Source: the human T2T-CHM13v2.0 reference genome, Homo sapiens. Taken from it: a stretch of DNA of 64,000 nucleotides. Shown one piece after another: positions 46,781 to 60,705 of the stretch. The DNA lies in assembly GCF_009914755.1 (NCBI RefSeq), contig NC_060927.1; one strand, written 5' to 3'. Position numbers and translations under genes: made by a program. Each line of letters starts with the position of its first letter. The first letter of the stretch is position 1. A model generated the notes under the pieces. The model saw only the letters and a program-made list of their open reading frames with translations, had not been told where the DNA came from and ran no database searches.

Positions 46781-47187
46781 GAATTAATTTTATATTTAAA
46801 GCAGGGTCTAAGTTGATGGCTCCGCTCTATCATTAACTAGCAGAAGTAATCTGGGCTAAGCAGCACTCTTCTATAAGCTTAATTCCCTCATCAATGAAAT
46901 GTAAGAATCAGAGTAGACTACCTTTATGGTCATCTCCAGCTTTTAGGGGGAAAAATGTATGATTACACAACCAGCAAGTTCCAACATAACATGATACAGG
47001 ACAAAATATGAAACTTATCAAACCAAATTTGGTTAAACTAAATATTAACATCATTGGGGAAATGAGGAATCAGTAGGTAGGTTTAGTTAATTATGAAATG
47101 CCCCCCTCCACTATCCATTCTTTTCTTCAGTCTTTTCATAATTAAATAATGGCCACCCCACTAAGCCTTAGCAGGGAACATAACATA

Positions 47188-47680
47188 GTACAGCACTCCA
47201 GTGGCTTTGGACTGACCCAGCTCTTTCCTTACCCTTCCACCTCTTGCTTGTAGTTTTCAAGAATAGTTGTGGAATGTCCTGGGAATGCAATGTCCTGAGA
47301 TAGGGAGAAACCACCTGAAACAGCCCAGGCAGTGTTCCTGTTCTTCCTAGGGAATGTTACATCTTGAGTGAGGAAGAAACTGCCTATGAAAGCCCAGGCT
47401 TTTCTCTTTTATTCCTTGGAAGCAGGATGTCCTTTAAAGCTTTGGCCAGTGAGTCTCATTACTTCTGAGGTGGTGCAAGTGAGGCACGCATCAAAATTTC
47501 ATCCATCTTGGGTAGCTTTCTTGGGCCTTGAGGGGCTGGCTCACAACGGATCTGAGACCTTCTGTTCCTTGCTGCCTCTCTGTAAATAATAAACTCACCT
47601 TGCATAACCTGTGTGTGAGCGTGTCCTGTCTCACCAGGTTCTGACAAATTAGGAACCAGTGCATGGTGGACCTGAACAGT
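47188..47680 (+). mobile_element. ERVL LTR, LTR32-like, nested in an older MLT1-type LTR (about 47075-48100)
   Basis: 'gtacagcactccagtggctttggactgacccag', internal repeat of 'gggaatg...tgag...gaaac...agcccaggc', AATAAA near 47588; flanks carry 'ttcccaagattcctttgcaactag' and 'atggaagaaacctggttccttggatgac'. Confidence 0.65.
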
Positions 47681-48242
47681 AGCCCAGGATGCAGTGGGCA
47701 GAAGTATTTGGACTCCTGTTTCTAGTGGTTGGGTTCTCACGTGGCCAACTAGGCCAACACTATATTCCCAAGATTCCTTTGCAACTAGAGGTGCCTAAGT
47801 ATTTATTAAATGGATGTAAGTAGAAGTGATATATGCAATCTATGGGCCCACCATTAAAACGCTTGGGTATGGCTCCTCTCCTAGACTAAAAAGGAGATGT
47901 GCCACTCAAGAGTCAGCACTGACCATACAAACCAGAGAAATACCCTAGAAGATGGTGAAACATCAACATGGAAGAAACCTGGTTCCTTGGATGACTTTGT
48001 GAGCCAGAGAGACCCCTCACAGACCACCCAACTGCCTCAGGACTGTTGTACAAACATTAAACAAGCATAGAACTTGTGTATATATTGTTGTATCACTACA
48101 ATATAGAAACAATTTTCAAACTGTTGGAAGTTAAAGTCTTACTTCTTTGAAGCCCCACTGTCGAGTATGAATTTCAGTAATGACAACACTATGCATACTC
48201 ACAGTCTGTAAGAAGTAGTTTAATATGGGCTTGGACTAGTTC

Positions 48243-48302
48243 AAACCTCAGCTCTTATGCTTATTTACCAATAAACCTCAGCTGTTATGCTTATTTGCCA
48301 AA
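48243..48302. repeat. 30 bp tandem duplication within a MIR-like fragment
   Basis: aaacctcagctcttatgcttatttaccaat / aaacctcagctgttatgcttatttgccaaa. Confidence 0.9.
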
Positions 48303-49070
48303 TGACCTTGAGCCTAACCTAAGGCTTGCCACATTCTAGCTACTTAATAAATGCTCTATAAAATTTATAGACAATTGCCAAACAAGGTGAAAAAGTTTTG
48401 TAGTTCACTACCACTTTATTTTACTTATTTTTTTTCTTCTCTTTGGGACCCATCATAAGCTACTTTAGAAGAATTTTAATGGAATAAAGGAATTTTATTC
48501 AATTATGTTTTCTATAATATGCTTTTTACCTTAACTGGGTGAATCCACTGAAAAAGACAATTTGGATAATCATGGATACATCAGATCTACTTATCAATAT
48601 TTTTTGTTTCCTTTATTTTCTTTAAAATGTTTAAAAAGTTTTCCATAGTTTCAAGTTATTATATTTCACTTTTTAAGACTCAGGATTAATATAATAAAAG
48701 CTAAATGTAGAATCTATTGGAATAAATATGATTTTAAATATACATGTTATTTTGTTTCTAATATTATTAATATGATATCTAAGCTAATGTTATATTACAA
48801 TGCTGTTGTTTATTTCTTTAAACTGTGTTAATAAAGAAATTAAGAAAATAAAATTATTTCCATTTCTATATGCTAGTTAATATCTTATTATTTGAAGAAC
48901 TGAAATTTAATATATGATGTTTTGTCATGCTTCAAAACAAGTTTTAACAGTACTATCTTTGAAATTTATCAACCATAAGTGAATACAAAATTATTCTTGA
49001 TAATTTCCAACTTTAGTAATACTACTCCTTTATTTGCCATTCCAGCAGTGATGTATTAGGAAAAACAGGT

Positions 49071-49663
49071 GTATTCTTTTTAAAAATATGACTTTGATCT
49101 CTCCTTTGATCTTAAATTTTACTATTCACTGCTAGTGGAAATGTACATTATCATCACAAATTTATAAGGAAATTTATTAATAAAAAGCAAAAGTCGTTCA
49201 AATTTGCAATCCATAATGTAACAATTTAAATTTTGGAAATCTATGCTAAGGACATAATGATATATGTATACAAGAATTCATGCAAGAAAGAGTTTATGGT
49301 AGAATTATTTAAACAAGAAAATTCAAAATAACCTAAATATTCTGAGGTGATAAACCAGTTAAGTAAATTCCATGTTTAAGTGAAATAATTAGAATTATAT
49401 TGTATGAAAAATTTTAAATTATTTTGTTAAATGCTTATAATGTGGGAAAAAATTTTAGAGTAAAAATTTTCTATAAAATATATATTAATTATGCAATAGA
49501 ATAACTATGCAAAAATATAAAAAAGGCTTTTTACTTCCATGTTTATGCTTTTCTGTATTTCCTACAATTATTGTATTGAAAATTATTATATTTATGATTT
49601 AAGGAAAAGTATTCTTTTTAAAAATATGACTCTGATCTCTCCTTTGATCTTAAATTTTACTAT
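49071..49663 (+). repeat. 55 bp dispersed direct repeat (49071-49125 and 49609-49663)
   Basis: gtattctttttaaaaatatgact(t/c)tgatctctcctttgatcttaaattttactat, 54/55 identical. Confidence 0.95.
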
Positions 49664-50267
49664 CTGTGCAATACTCTGCACAGTTACTCTTTAGGAAAAG
49701 ATTTCTAGTGTGCTACAAAAGATTACACATAATACCTTAAAAGATGGTTGGAATATTTCAGCCACTGTTTTATTTATTTTTATTTTTACTTTTACTTAAA
49801 GCAATATTATTATAGTTGGAGTTATCTTCTCTTTTATCCTCTCCTGATTACAGAACCCCTTCCTTTCACCTTTCACTTTAACTGGTTGGTAGCCTCCAGG
49901 TTTTTCCCACACTTTCTGTTTGCACAGGGCTCTGTGCCCTATTGCTTATGTTAAAAAAAAATTAAAAAGAAAGAAAGAAAAAAACCTGGGTTTTGAAAAA
50001 AGCAAATATTATAAGAACAAAGGCATGAAAGATGGATTTTATTTTAGTACAGGCTATTGTTCAATCATAATGACTTTCTTTTGTCACATAAACACACATG
50101 GCAGATAAAACATGCTGAGAGAGCCTCTCTCTCTCTTAAAAATGTCTATGTAACAGCAAAATGTAAAACTAAAGTTGAGATAATCATCTGAAAGTTTCCT
50201 TCTATGAACATGCTATAAAGGATAAAATTAGGAGCAGAGTACTAATTATTCAGAATATTGTCGGTAT

Positions 50268-50470
50268 CAGTGCTTTCCAATGGAACATTTTGTGACAGTG
50301 AAAATATTTTGTATCTGTGTTGTCCAATACCATAGTCACCAACCTCATATGGCTATTAGCACTTGAAATGAGGCTGATGTGACTGAAGAACTTAATTTTA
50401 AATTTTATGTAATTTTAATTAATTTAAATTTAACTAGTCACATGTGCATACTGGTTATTATATTGACAGT
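50268..50470. mobile_element. MER3-type hAT-Charlie MITE
   Basis: 'cagtgctttccaatggaacattttgtgacagtgaaaatatt...atatggctattagcacttgaaatg...gtgactgaagaact'. Confidence 0.82.
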
Positions 50471-51587
50471 CTAAGTATATTGAAATTTAACCTGAAATCC
50501 AGATTCAATATCATTATTTAACTATAATTTCCTATTATCTGCTATTAAAAATAATTTTTCATTTTTAGGAAATTCAAGAGCTCATAGCTATTATTATCAC
50601 CAAATTTAGTCACAATTAGAAAATCCAACACAATTTTTAAAATATAAGGAAATAAAATGAGGTCATATTATAACACTTTTATATAGTACTGACTTACTTT
50701 GCATAATCAAAGTAAAATGAGAAAATTAAAATTCTGTAATTGAAAAAAAGCCAAAAAAGGAAAAGTAAAAGAAAAACCCTATCTATATTATACATTCATA
50801 TGTCCATGCTAACTCTAAGAAATTAAATGGAATTTCATTTAATTTTTTTAAATTACAAAACACAGCTATTGAACAAATTCCATTTATATAAGTGCAGTAC
50901 ATTGCATATATTAGGACATTTATAGATTTTTTAAAATAATTTTAAATTACTTTATAAAAAGCTATAAACGATTGCTCAATATAAAATGTTTTTGAATATT
51001 TAGAAAAGTAGAAGTGAAAATAACCCTGTATTCCAACTAACCAGACAGGTACTATGATCATAATATGTATTTCTTTTCTCATTTTCCCTAACTTTGTTAT
51101 ATTTTCCTATGTAATTGTGCAACATTAGTAAAAACTCTACATAAACGTTTTAATTGACTACATAGTATTCCATTGAGTGGCTACATAATATTTAACTTAA
51201 TCATTCCTTTTTAGAACATTTAGGTTATTTCCAATGTTTCATATTAAAATGAAGCTAGAATAAATATTCACCAATTTTTTAAAACCTTGTTTGCTATCAT
51301 CAACAGTTAATGTTCTTGCCCACAAAGAAAACTTATAATGGCCATATTTTGAAAGAACTCTTACCAGCATATACTGTAATGACCATTTCTACAGAAGGGA
51401 AAAAAACAGATGATCTTCACAAAAATATGTTTGGGTAACTAGAATTCAGACTTGCCTTATTATCAATATACCACAATAAAGTCATCATTAGTTTTTCTCT
51501 GTATTAGGTAAAATTACATCGAACTACAAAAACTGTATATTTTCTTTTCTTGCTTACAGACAGTGGCAGTTTACTTCTTTCAAACCT

Positions 51588-51808
51588 ATTTTTATTCCTT
51601 CCAACTCTTGTTTTAAGTTCAGTGTATACATGTGCAGGCTTGTTACATGGGTATACTGCATGTTGCTGGGGTTTGGTGTACAAATTATTTAATTACCCAG
51701 GTAGTGAGCATATTACTGGATAGGGAGTTTTCCATCCTTCCCATCCTCTACCCTCAAGTAGGCCCCCGTGTCTACTGTTTCCTTCTTTGTGTCCATGTGT
51801 ACTCAATG
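51588..51808 (-). mobile_element. Short old L1PA (PA13-16 grade) 3' fragment
   Basis: 'tacatgtgcaggcttgttacatgggtatactgcatg', 'ccctcaagtaggcccccgtgtc'; TSD tcaaacct. Confidence 0.85.
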
Positions 51809-54800
51809 TCAAACCTTTAAAAAAAAAAAAAAAAGGAAAGAAACAAAACTGCTACACCTAGGCAGTTGCTGTTTTGATATCCCTTGATGATAAATGTTTC
51901 TTGTCAACAGGGAAAGCACAGAAAGGAATCTGCTATACCTTTTTGGTGTTGCATTGGCTGAGGAAAGGAGAAATCTATCAATATAGTCCTATAGGTTCAC
52001 TAGCAACTAACTCTCAAATCTCCAATTCTTTTATTCTTTAAAACTATTCTTCATATCAAGTAACAGACAATTTGGAGATGCCGAAGTTATTTCCAATTTA
52101 GAAATCTAATAGACTTCTCATACCTAGGGTTTTCAATTAATGAAAATGAAGATAAACAGGTCCATTATTGGTCCTGTCCCCAAAGGATTTAGTAAGCTCC
52201 CTGCTAAGGTAAAGCATAAGTTCAAAACAAAATAACAATTATGAATATAAAAATGCTTTAAAAAAATTAGACAAACATTTAGAAGAGAAAAACTCTGTGC
52301 CACATTAACCAGAGAGAAAGAGAACAACATGAAAAGAGAGGGTTATTTACATTTGATGTATTTTATTATGTTTATCAGATATTAGCAATTCTGATATTAA
52401 ATTAATACCCATAGAGCTACATAGTCTTTATTCATTCCTTCCTGCCAATTAGTAATGTACATAATTCCATATATTTCTGCTCAACTACAATTTTTTGATA
52501 GTTTAGAAGTTGTTGAATTTTTATTTAAAGGCTAAAACAAAAGCTTAAGTGGTGTGCTTTCTGTTTTGTGAATCGCAGACACTGCTTTACTGATACAACA
52601 CCCAAGATTCTAAGCTGACATCAAAGCAAAAAAAAAAAAAAATCATCTGAAATGACAGCAGCAGCTGCAGCATCTGCCTCTAAATTAGGCTGTGTTTCAA
52701 AGTCTGGACTCAACTGCTAAGCAGTATAAAGACCCAGGAGGAAGGCTGCCCAGAAAAGAGTGAGCCTTCCGACCTAACACATCAAAGTAACACATGCTAG
52801 GAAGAGCAATAAACGCATGTGGCCCACATTCACGTGCCGCCTAATTGCACTGGGCTCATGAAACCAAGACAAACCTTCAGCTGATTCCTGGTTTAAGAGA
52901 GGATTTGAGATCTTTTCTATGCAGAAAGCTGACACAAATTGGTTGCAGATTAGAGTCTGACTCTGCAATGAAGCATCCCATAATTTCAAAAGATGGCCAT
53001 TTTGGTGTCATATGGCATCTTCAAAACACTGACTTCTTAATGTAGTAACATATAAACTAACCATTAGGTATAAATAACAGCTAAAAAATAAGCTTCATAA
53101 ATGAAGAAAGCCTTAATTTGTACATTCAAGGATAGATGCTTTGAAGAAAGGCTTTTTCATTTGTTTTGCATATAAATTACCAATTTTGAGGGCATTTATC
53201 TTTTAAAGCATAAGCTATTTAACAAGATCTTAGAATACTAATATCTATTAAGAGAAGAGAGAAATAGATATATGTTTTAAAAGTAATCTTTAGTAGAAAT
53301 GCCTACTGTCATAAGGTTTGCATTAAGGGATTATTACTATATACAGAGGATGTAATATATTCAACTGCACAATTTGCAATTAGATATATAGCAACACACG
53401 TAAGAAAAGCTTAATAAATTAGAACTCTGAATTCTTTTCTTCTGTGTTCATGCCCTTATGCTATGCTCTTTACTCTGTTTTGCAGTACATTGTGCTATTA
53501 TTCTACAAAATATTATTCTGTATGTGTAAATTGCCAAAGTTAACTTATACAATTACCTGAGGAGACAATTATAATTAGTGGAAAGATGATAATTAATCTT
53601 ATTAAGTGAAATATGCATGAGTTTTCACCGAACATGTGCAATGAAATAAAAACCTCAGAAATATGCAGGGTGATTATAAATAGATGGGAATAGAAAGAAA
53701 AATTCATCCATCCTAAAACTCTAAAATTTTTGCCTGTAAGTTTAACTAAATAAACATGATTGCAAAGCACTGAGAGTCAGAAAATTTTAGAATTAATCTC
53801 TTTACTGCTCAGATGATATACATCATAAAATAAATTCTGTAAGAATATAGTTTCATTATATATTAAGAGCCTATTCCAAGAATTTTGATAAGGGCCAAAT
53901 TCCATTGACAATAATCAGCTCTGAATTTATGTCTATAATATGTAATAGGCTGACTCACGTTTTCTCATTTCTTGGAAACTATAAGCATTGTATGCTTCAA
54001 AGAAGGGCAGCCATGTAATGGACCATTTTCATTAGGAAGGTAGGGATTGAGGGAGTAAGAAAATCATTCCAAAAAAATCATGCAGTCGTCTCTGTTACCA
54101 ATATCTGGTGCTTATTGTGGCCTCCAAGGTGGAGAAAATAAAACACCTTTTTACTTTTGTGACAATTCTGATTGTTGTGTGTTTCGGGGCATTTTTGCAT
54201 TCCTTAACATCACAAGATCATCCTACTACATAATGTACAAAGTGACCTCAATGAATGCCTTTTGTCAGGGCTATAACATTGGTAATATGGCCAAATCACA
54301 AAGACCATAGTTCATGTCCCAAAAAGTTGGAATGGATTTACCCCTTTGGGAAATTTCCCTGATCTACACCCATCTCAAGTCCCTTGAGACTACATAAATG
54401 GATCCTGACATTATAAAAGATTTGCCACAGAGGATGTCAGGAATAACCCAACCTAACAAGAAGTCTGCATTTCCCTGGATGGGTAACAGTCTCTCTGCTT
54501 GGTACATGCCACAATCCCAATTCTGAATTGTGCCGTTTTTTTCTGACAGTTGTTGATTTTTTTGGTATCTTAACTGACCAATAACTTTAACCATCTAAAT
54601 AATCATATACCATTGCAAGCTGGTTCATGTTATTTCCAGAGCCATAAATAGCCAGGATTATGGAGTCAGAAGGAAGACTAAGGCAAACAGACAAATGGGC
54701 TTGGCTTGTGTGTGTACAGCCCACATTGCGGAAGGGTAATGATGTAGTCCTCAGCCTTCAGTCTCAGGGATCCACAGGTGGGTGGTACTGTGCCTTTGCC

Positions 54801-54964
54801 TTTGAGATTTAAATTTTATCTTCTCTAATAGCAATTCTGTGCTCAAGACCAATGATAACTACTTGGAAATTTTCAGTGCCTATGAGCGATTTTACTTATG
54901 GCACAAACTCTTTCAACTACATGGAGATATTTGAAATGAGACTGAAAACATTTTCAAAATAATT

Positions 54965-55140
54965 ATAACTAGCACTTATATGTGCTTTACAGTTTAGAAA
55001 CTTTGTTTCACATGCACTAACTTGTTCAGTCTTACCAGCAACCCATGAGGCATATTATTATGCCCAATTTTAGGTGAGGAAACTTGAGCTCAGAGAGAGA
55101 AAGAGTAAAATGCTCTAATTCAGTTAGCAAAGTCGTATAT
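54965..55140 (-). mobile_element. MIR
   Basis: 'cagcaacccatgagg...tattatgcccaattttaggtgaggaaacttgagctcagagag'. Confidence 0.72.
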
Positions 55141-55861
55141 CCAGAAGTCCCCCAAGACATTCAGCTTGCAAGAGTTTTGCAGTTTCTACATCACCCACAG
55201 ACAACTTCTATGTATTCAGTAAACCTCTCACCCATGGGTTGAATGGAAAAGCAATAACTTTTCCAGTGTTTCATTCTCAAATTTATCATGAAAGATGAAA
55301 GTAATTTATTAAAAGTCCTTGGTAAAGGCTCATTTGAGATCTTTAATTATAGCGTTAAGTAAAATTATAATTTTGTCTTATTTATGCCTTAACAGTTTCA
55401 CAAGGGCATCTTGATATATAAGTCCTTAATTATTAAAAAAACTGTATCATGATGTACTTGGCTTAACACAAAATGAGATAAAACATACTGGAAAGTAAAT
55501 AAGGAATAAAGTCTTTAGGATGACTATTTAGAGTATTTTTATTTCTGTTCTATGAAAATATCAATACATAGTTGATCTTCCTTTCTTATTTTACAGCATG
55601 AGAAATACTACGATTTAATGTATTTTTAAATTAGGCAATATTGCTTTTAGACACCATTATTTATTAACAAGCATTAATCACTATAAAGTGAAATCACATA
55701 TAATTTGGATAATGCAACCCTATTAACCTGGTTTACTCAGGGCAATTCCATGAAAAGGAAAACAAAGAGATTCTTAGGTTTCTTCATGAATATCTCAATA
55801 TATTGACTTTTCTCACAATCCATTCAATAAGAATTCACAGCACACGCGCTATGAATACATC

Positions 55862-56063
55862 CACACACGTGTGTGTGTGGATGTATATGTGTGTATGTGT
55901 TGCGTGTGTGTATATATATAACATATATATTATATATAAAACATATATATTATGTTATATATATTATATATATAATATATAAACATATATATTATGTTAT
56001 ATATATTATATATATAATATATAAACATATATATAATACACACTCACAAACACACACACACAC
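55862..56063. repeat. Compound (CA)/(TG)/(TA) repeat with a 42 bp AT-rich minisatellite (just over 2 copies)
   Basis: Unit aaacatatatattatgttatatatattatatatataatatat at 55939-55980 and 55981-56022. Confidence 0.9.
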
Positions 56064-56122
56064 AAATAAACATATTCTGCCTTCTTGAAGCACTCTGTCT
56101 ACAAACATAAATAAAATTTGGA

Positions 56123-56410
56123 GGCCAGGTGCAGTGGCTCATGCCAGTAATCCCAGAATTTTTGGAAGTCAAACTGGGAGGACTGGTTGAGACCAATAGT
56201 TCAAGACCAGCCTGGGCAACCTGTCTCTACAAAAAATAAAAACTAAACTTAAAAAAATTTAGCCAGGCACAATGGCATGCACTTTTAGTCCCACCTACTT
56301 GAGAGGCTGACGTGGGAGGATTGCTTAGCCCAGGGGTTCAAGGCTATGGCGGCTATGATGGCACCACTGCACTCCAGTCTGGGAAACAGAGCAAGACTCC
56401 ATCTCTAAAA
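56123..56410 (+). mobile_element. AluJ-type SINE
   Basis: 'ggccaggtgcagtggctcatgcc', 'gggaggattgcttagcccagggg', 'ccactgcactccagtctggg'. Confidence 0.9.
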
Positions 56411-56424
56411 TTACATATATGTAT

Positions 56425-57115
56425 TATGGAGAATTCTTTCCCCAACTTTTCACTTGTCTAACTCCTACTGAATTTTAATGCCATTTATTCAGAGATGCTT
56501 AGCATGGCCTTCACAGTGTTTCATTGTCTTATTTACTTTGCTTCATAGCTCTTATCAAATTTATATATATGTAATTATATATATTATTTATATAAATATA
56601 TAATATATAAATATATAATATATATTATATTGTCTTATTTACTTTGCTTCATAGCTCTTATCAAATTTATATATATGTAATTATATATTTATATATAATA
56701 CATATTTATATATTATATATTTATATATAATATATATAATCTATTACATATAATATGATATATAATGTAATATATAATATAATATAATATATATGATACA
56801 TAATATATTATATAATATAATATATATGATACATAATATATTATATAATATAATATATATGATATATAATATAATATATAATATAATATAAAATATATAA
56901 TATAATATATAATACTTAATATATATAATATATATTATATATTTTTATATATATAATATATATAATTACATATATATAAATTTGATAAGAGCTATGAAGC
57001 AAAGTAAATAAGACAATGAAACACTGTGAAGGCCATGCTAGGCATCTCTGAATAAATGGCATTAAAATTCAGTAGGAGTTAGACAAGTGAAAAGTTGGGG
57101 AAACAATTCTCCATA
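56425..57115. repeat. Long inverted repeat: 163 bp arms with an AT-rich spacer (PATRR-like)
   Basis: 56425-56587 is the reverse complement of 56953-57115 with 2 mismatches by manual alignment. Confidence 0.96.
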
Positions 57116-57339
57116 GTAAACAATCAGTTTGTATGAATTCCTATTCAAAACAGCTTTATTTATTGAAGATTCAAATACAATAATTAAGTGCCTACTATAT
57201 GGCAAACTCCATTCTAAGTACTGAGGTAACAAAAAAGTTTTCATCCATGGAGCTCACATTCAAGCAGGGGAAAGAAAGAATTAGAGCGAGGAGGTAGTGG
57301 GGAGAGGCTTGTAATTTTGGGATAGAGACAAGTGCATCA

Positions 57340-57612
57340 ATCTAAGGATGCAAAGTTTCTGTATAGAGGAATAAACTTCTGTAATTTGTTGCACAGAATG
57401 GTGGCTATAATAAATAGTAATGTTTTGTATATTTCAAAATTTCTCAGAGTATATTTTCAATGTTTTTACCACAAAAAAAGTATATGAGGTGATGAATTTG
57501 TTGATTAGCCTGATGTAATCACTTCACATTGTAAACATATATCAAAGCATCTCACTTAATAATTATATACAATTATGCTTTGTTAATTAAAAATAAAATA
57601 TAAAAATAAAGA
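57340..57612 (+). mobile_element. L1MA-type 3' end within L2 remnants (about 57150-58310, L2 antisense)
   Basis: 'atgttttgtatatttcaaaatt', 'tatgaggtgatgaatttgttgattagcctgat'; flanking L2 'catggagctcacattc' and 'gttccaggtagaggaaagagcaa'. Confidence 0.78.
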
Positions 57613-58320
57613 AACAATACTAGAAAATGTAACAGAAAGCAATTGAGGTTAGGGGTAGGAGGAAGATGACTTTTACATTTCTTGGACAGAAAAACCCCTC
57701 CTAAGGAGGTGATAATTTAATTGTGAGGTTTTTTTGTTTGTTTCTTGGTTTTTATATTATAATACTTTGCTGAAAACAGAAAACTAGCAGAGCTAAAAAT
57801 TACAAACAGGAATGTGGAATCATAACAAAAGAAAGAAATGAGAACCAAAGGTGAAGCTAGCAGGTGTGGTTATTATGTTTTGATTGCCAAAAGTGAACCA
57901 GCCAAGCAAAGATCTGAGGGAAGAAGGTTCCAGGTAGAGGAAAGAGCAAATTCAGGGACTGTATGGTAGAAATGAATGGGTGTGTTTAGGCAATGAATAA
58001 TCAGAGGCCAGTATTGTTGAGTTGGGAGAGGAGCAACACTAGCAGAGCTTAAGAACATGAGGCTTAGGGCGACGGTATAGAGTTTAGCTGTTAAAATTTG
58101 CGGAACTCAAGGACCCTAGTAAGCAAGAGTGAGAGAAACTGGATAGCTGGCTAAATCACGAAGGCCATTGTAGATTGGGTTAACATTTTTTAATTTTAGT
58201 GCAGTGGGAAATTAATGAAAGGCTTTAAGTAAATTAGTGACATAGTTCTGTTTCAGCTAGTGAAGGACTTGCATGTGGAACAAGAATGGAAGCAGGATGA
58301 GCAGTTAGAAGGCCATATTA

Positions 58321-60705
<2,385 letters not shown>

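Noticed and set aside
48243-49663. Direct repeats as a CRISPR-like array
   Set aside because: Only two copies of each repeat, no repeat-spacer periodicity, and a eukaryotic context
55873-56088. ORF with repeated KHIYYVIYIIYIIY
   Set aside because: Translation of a TA-rich minisatellite
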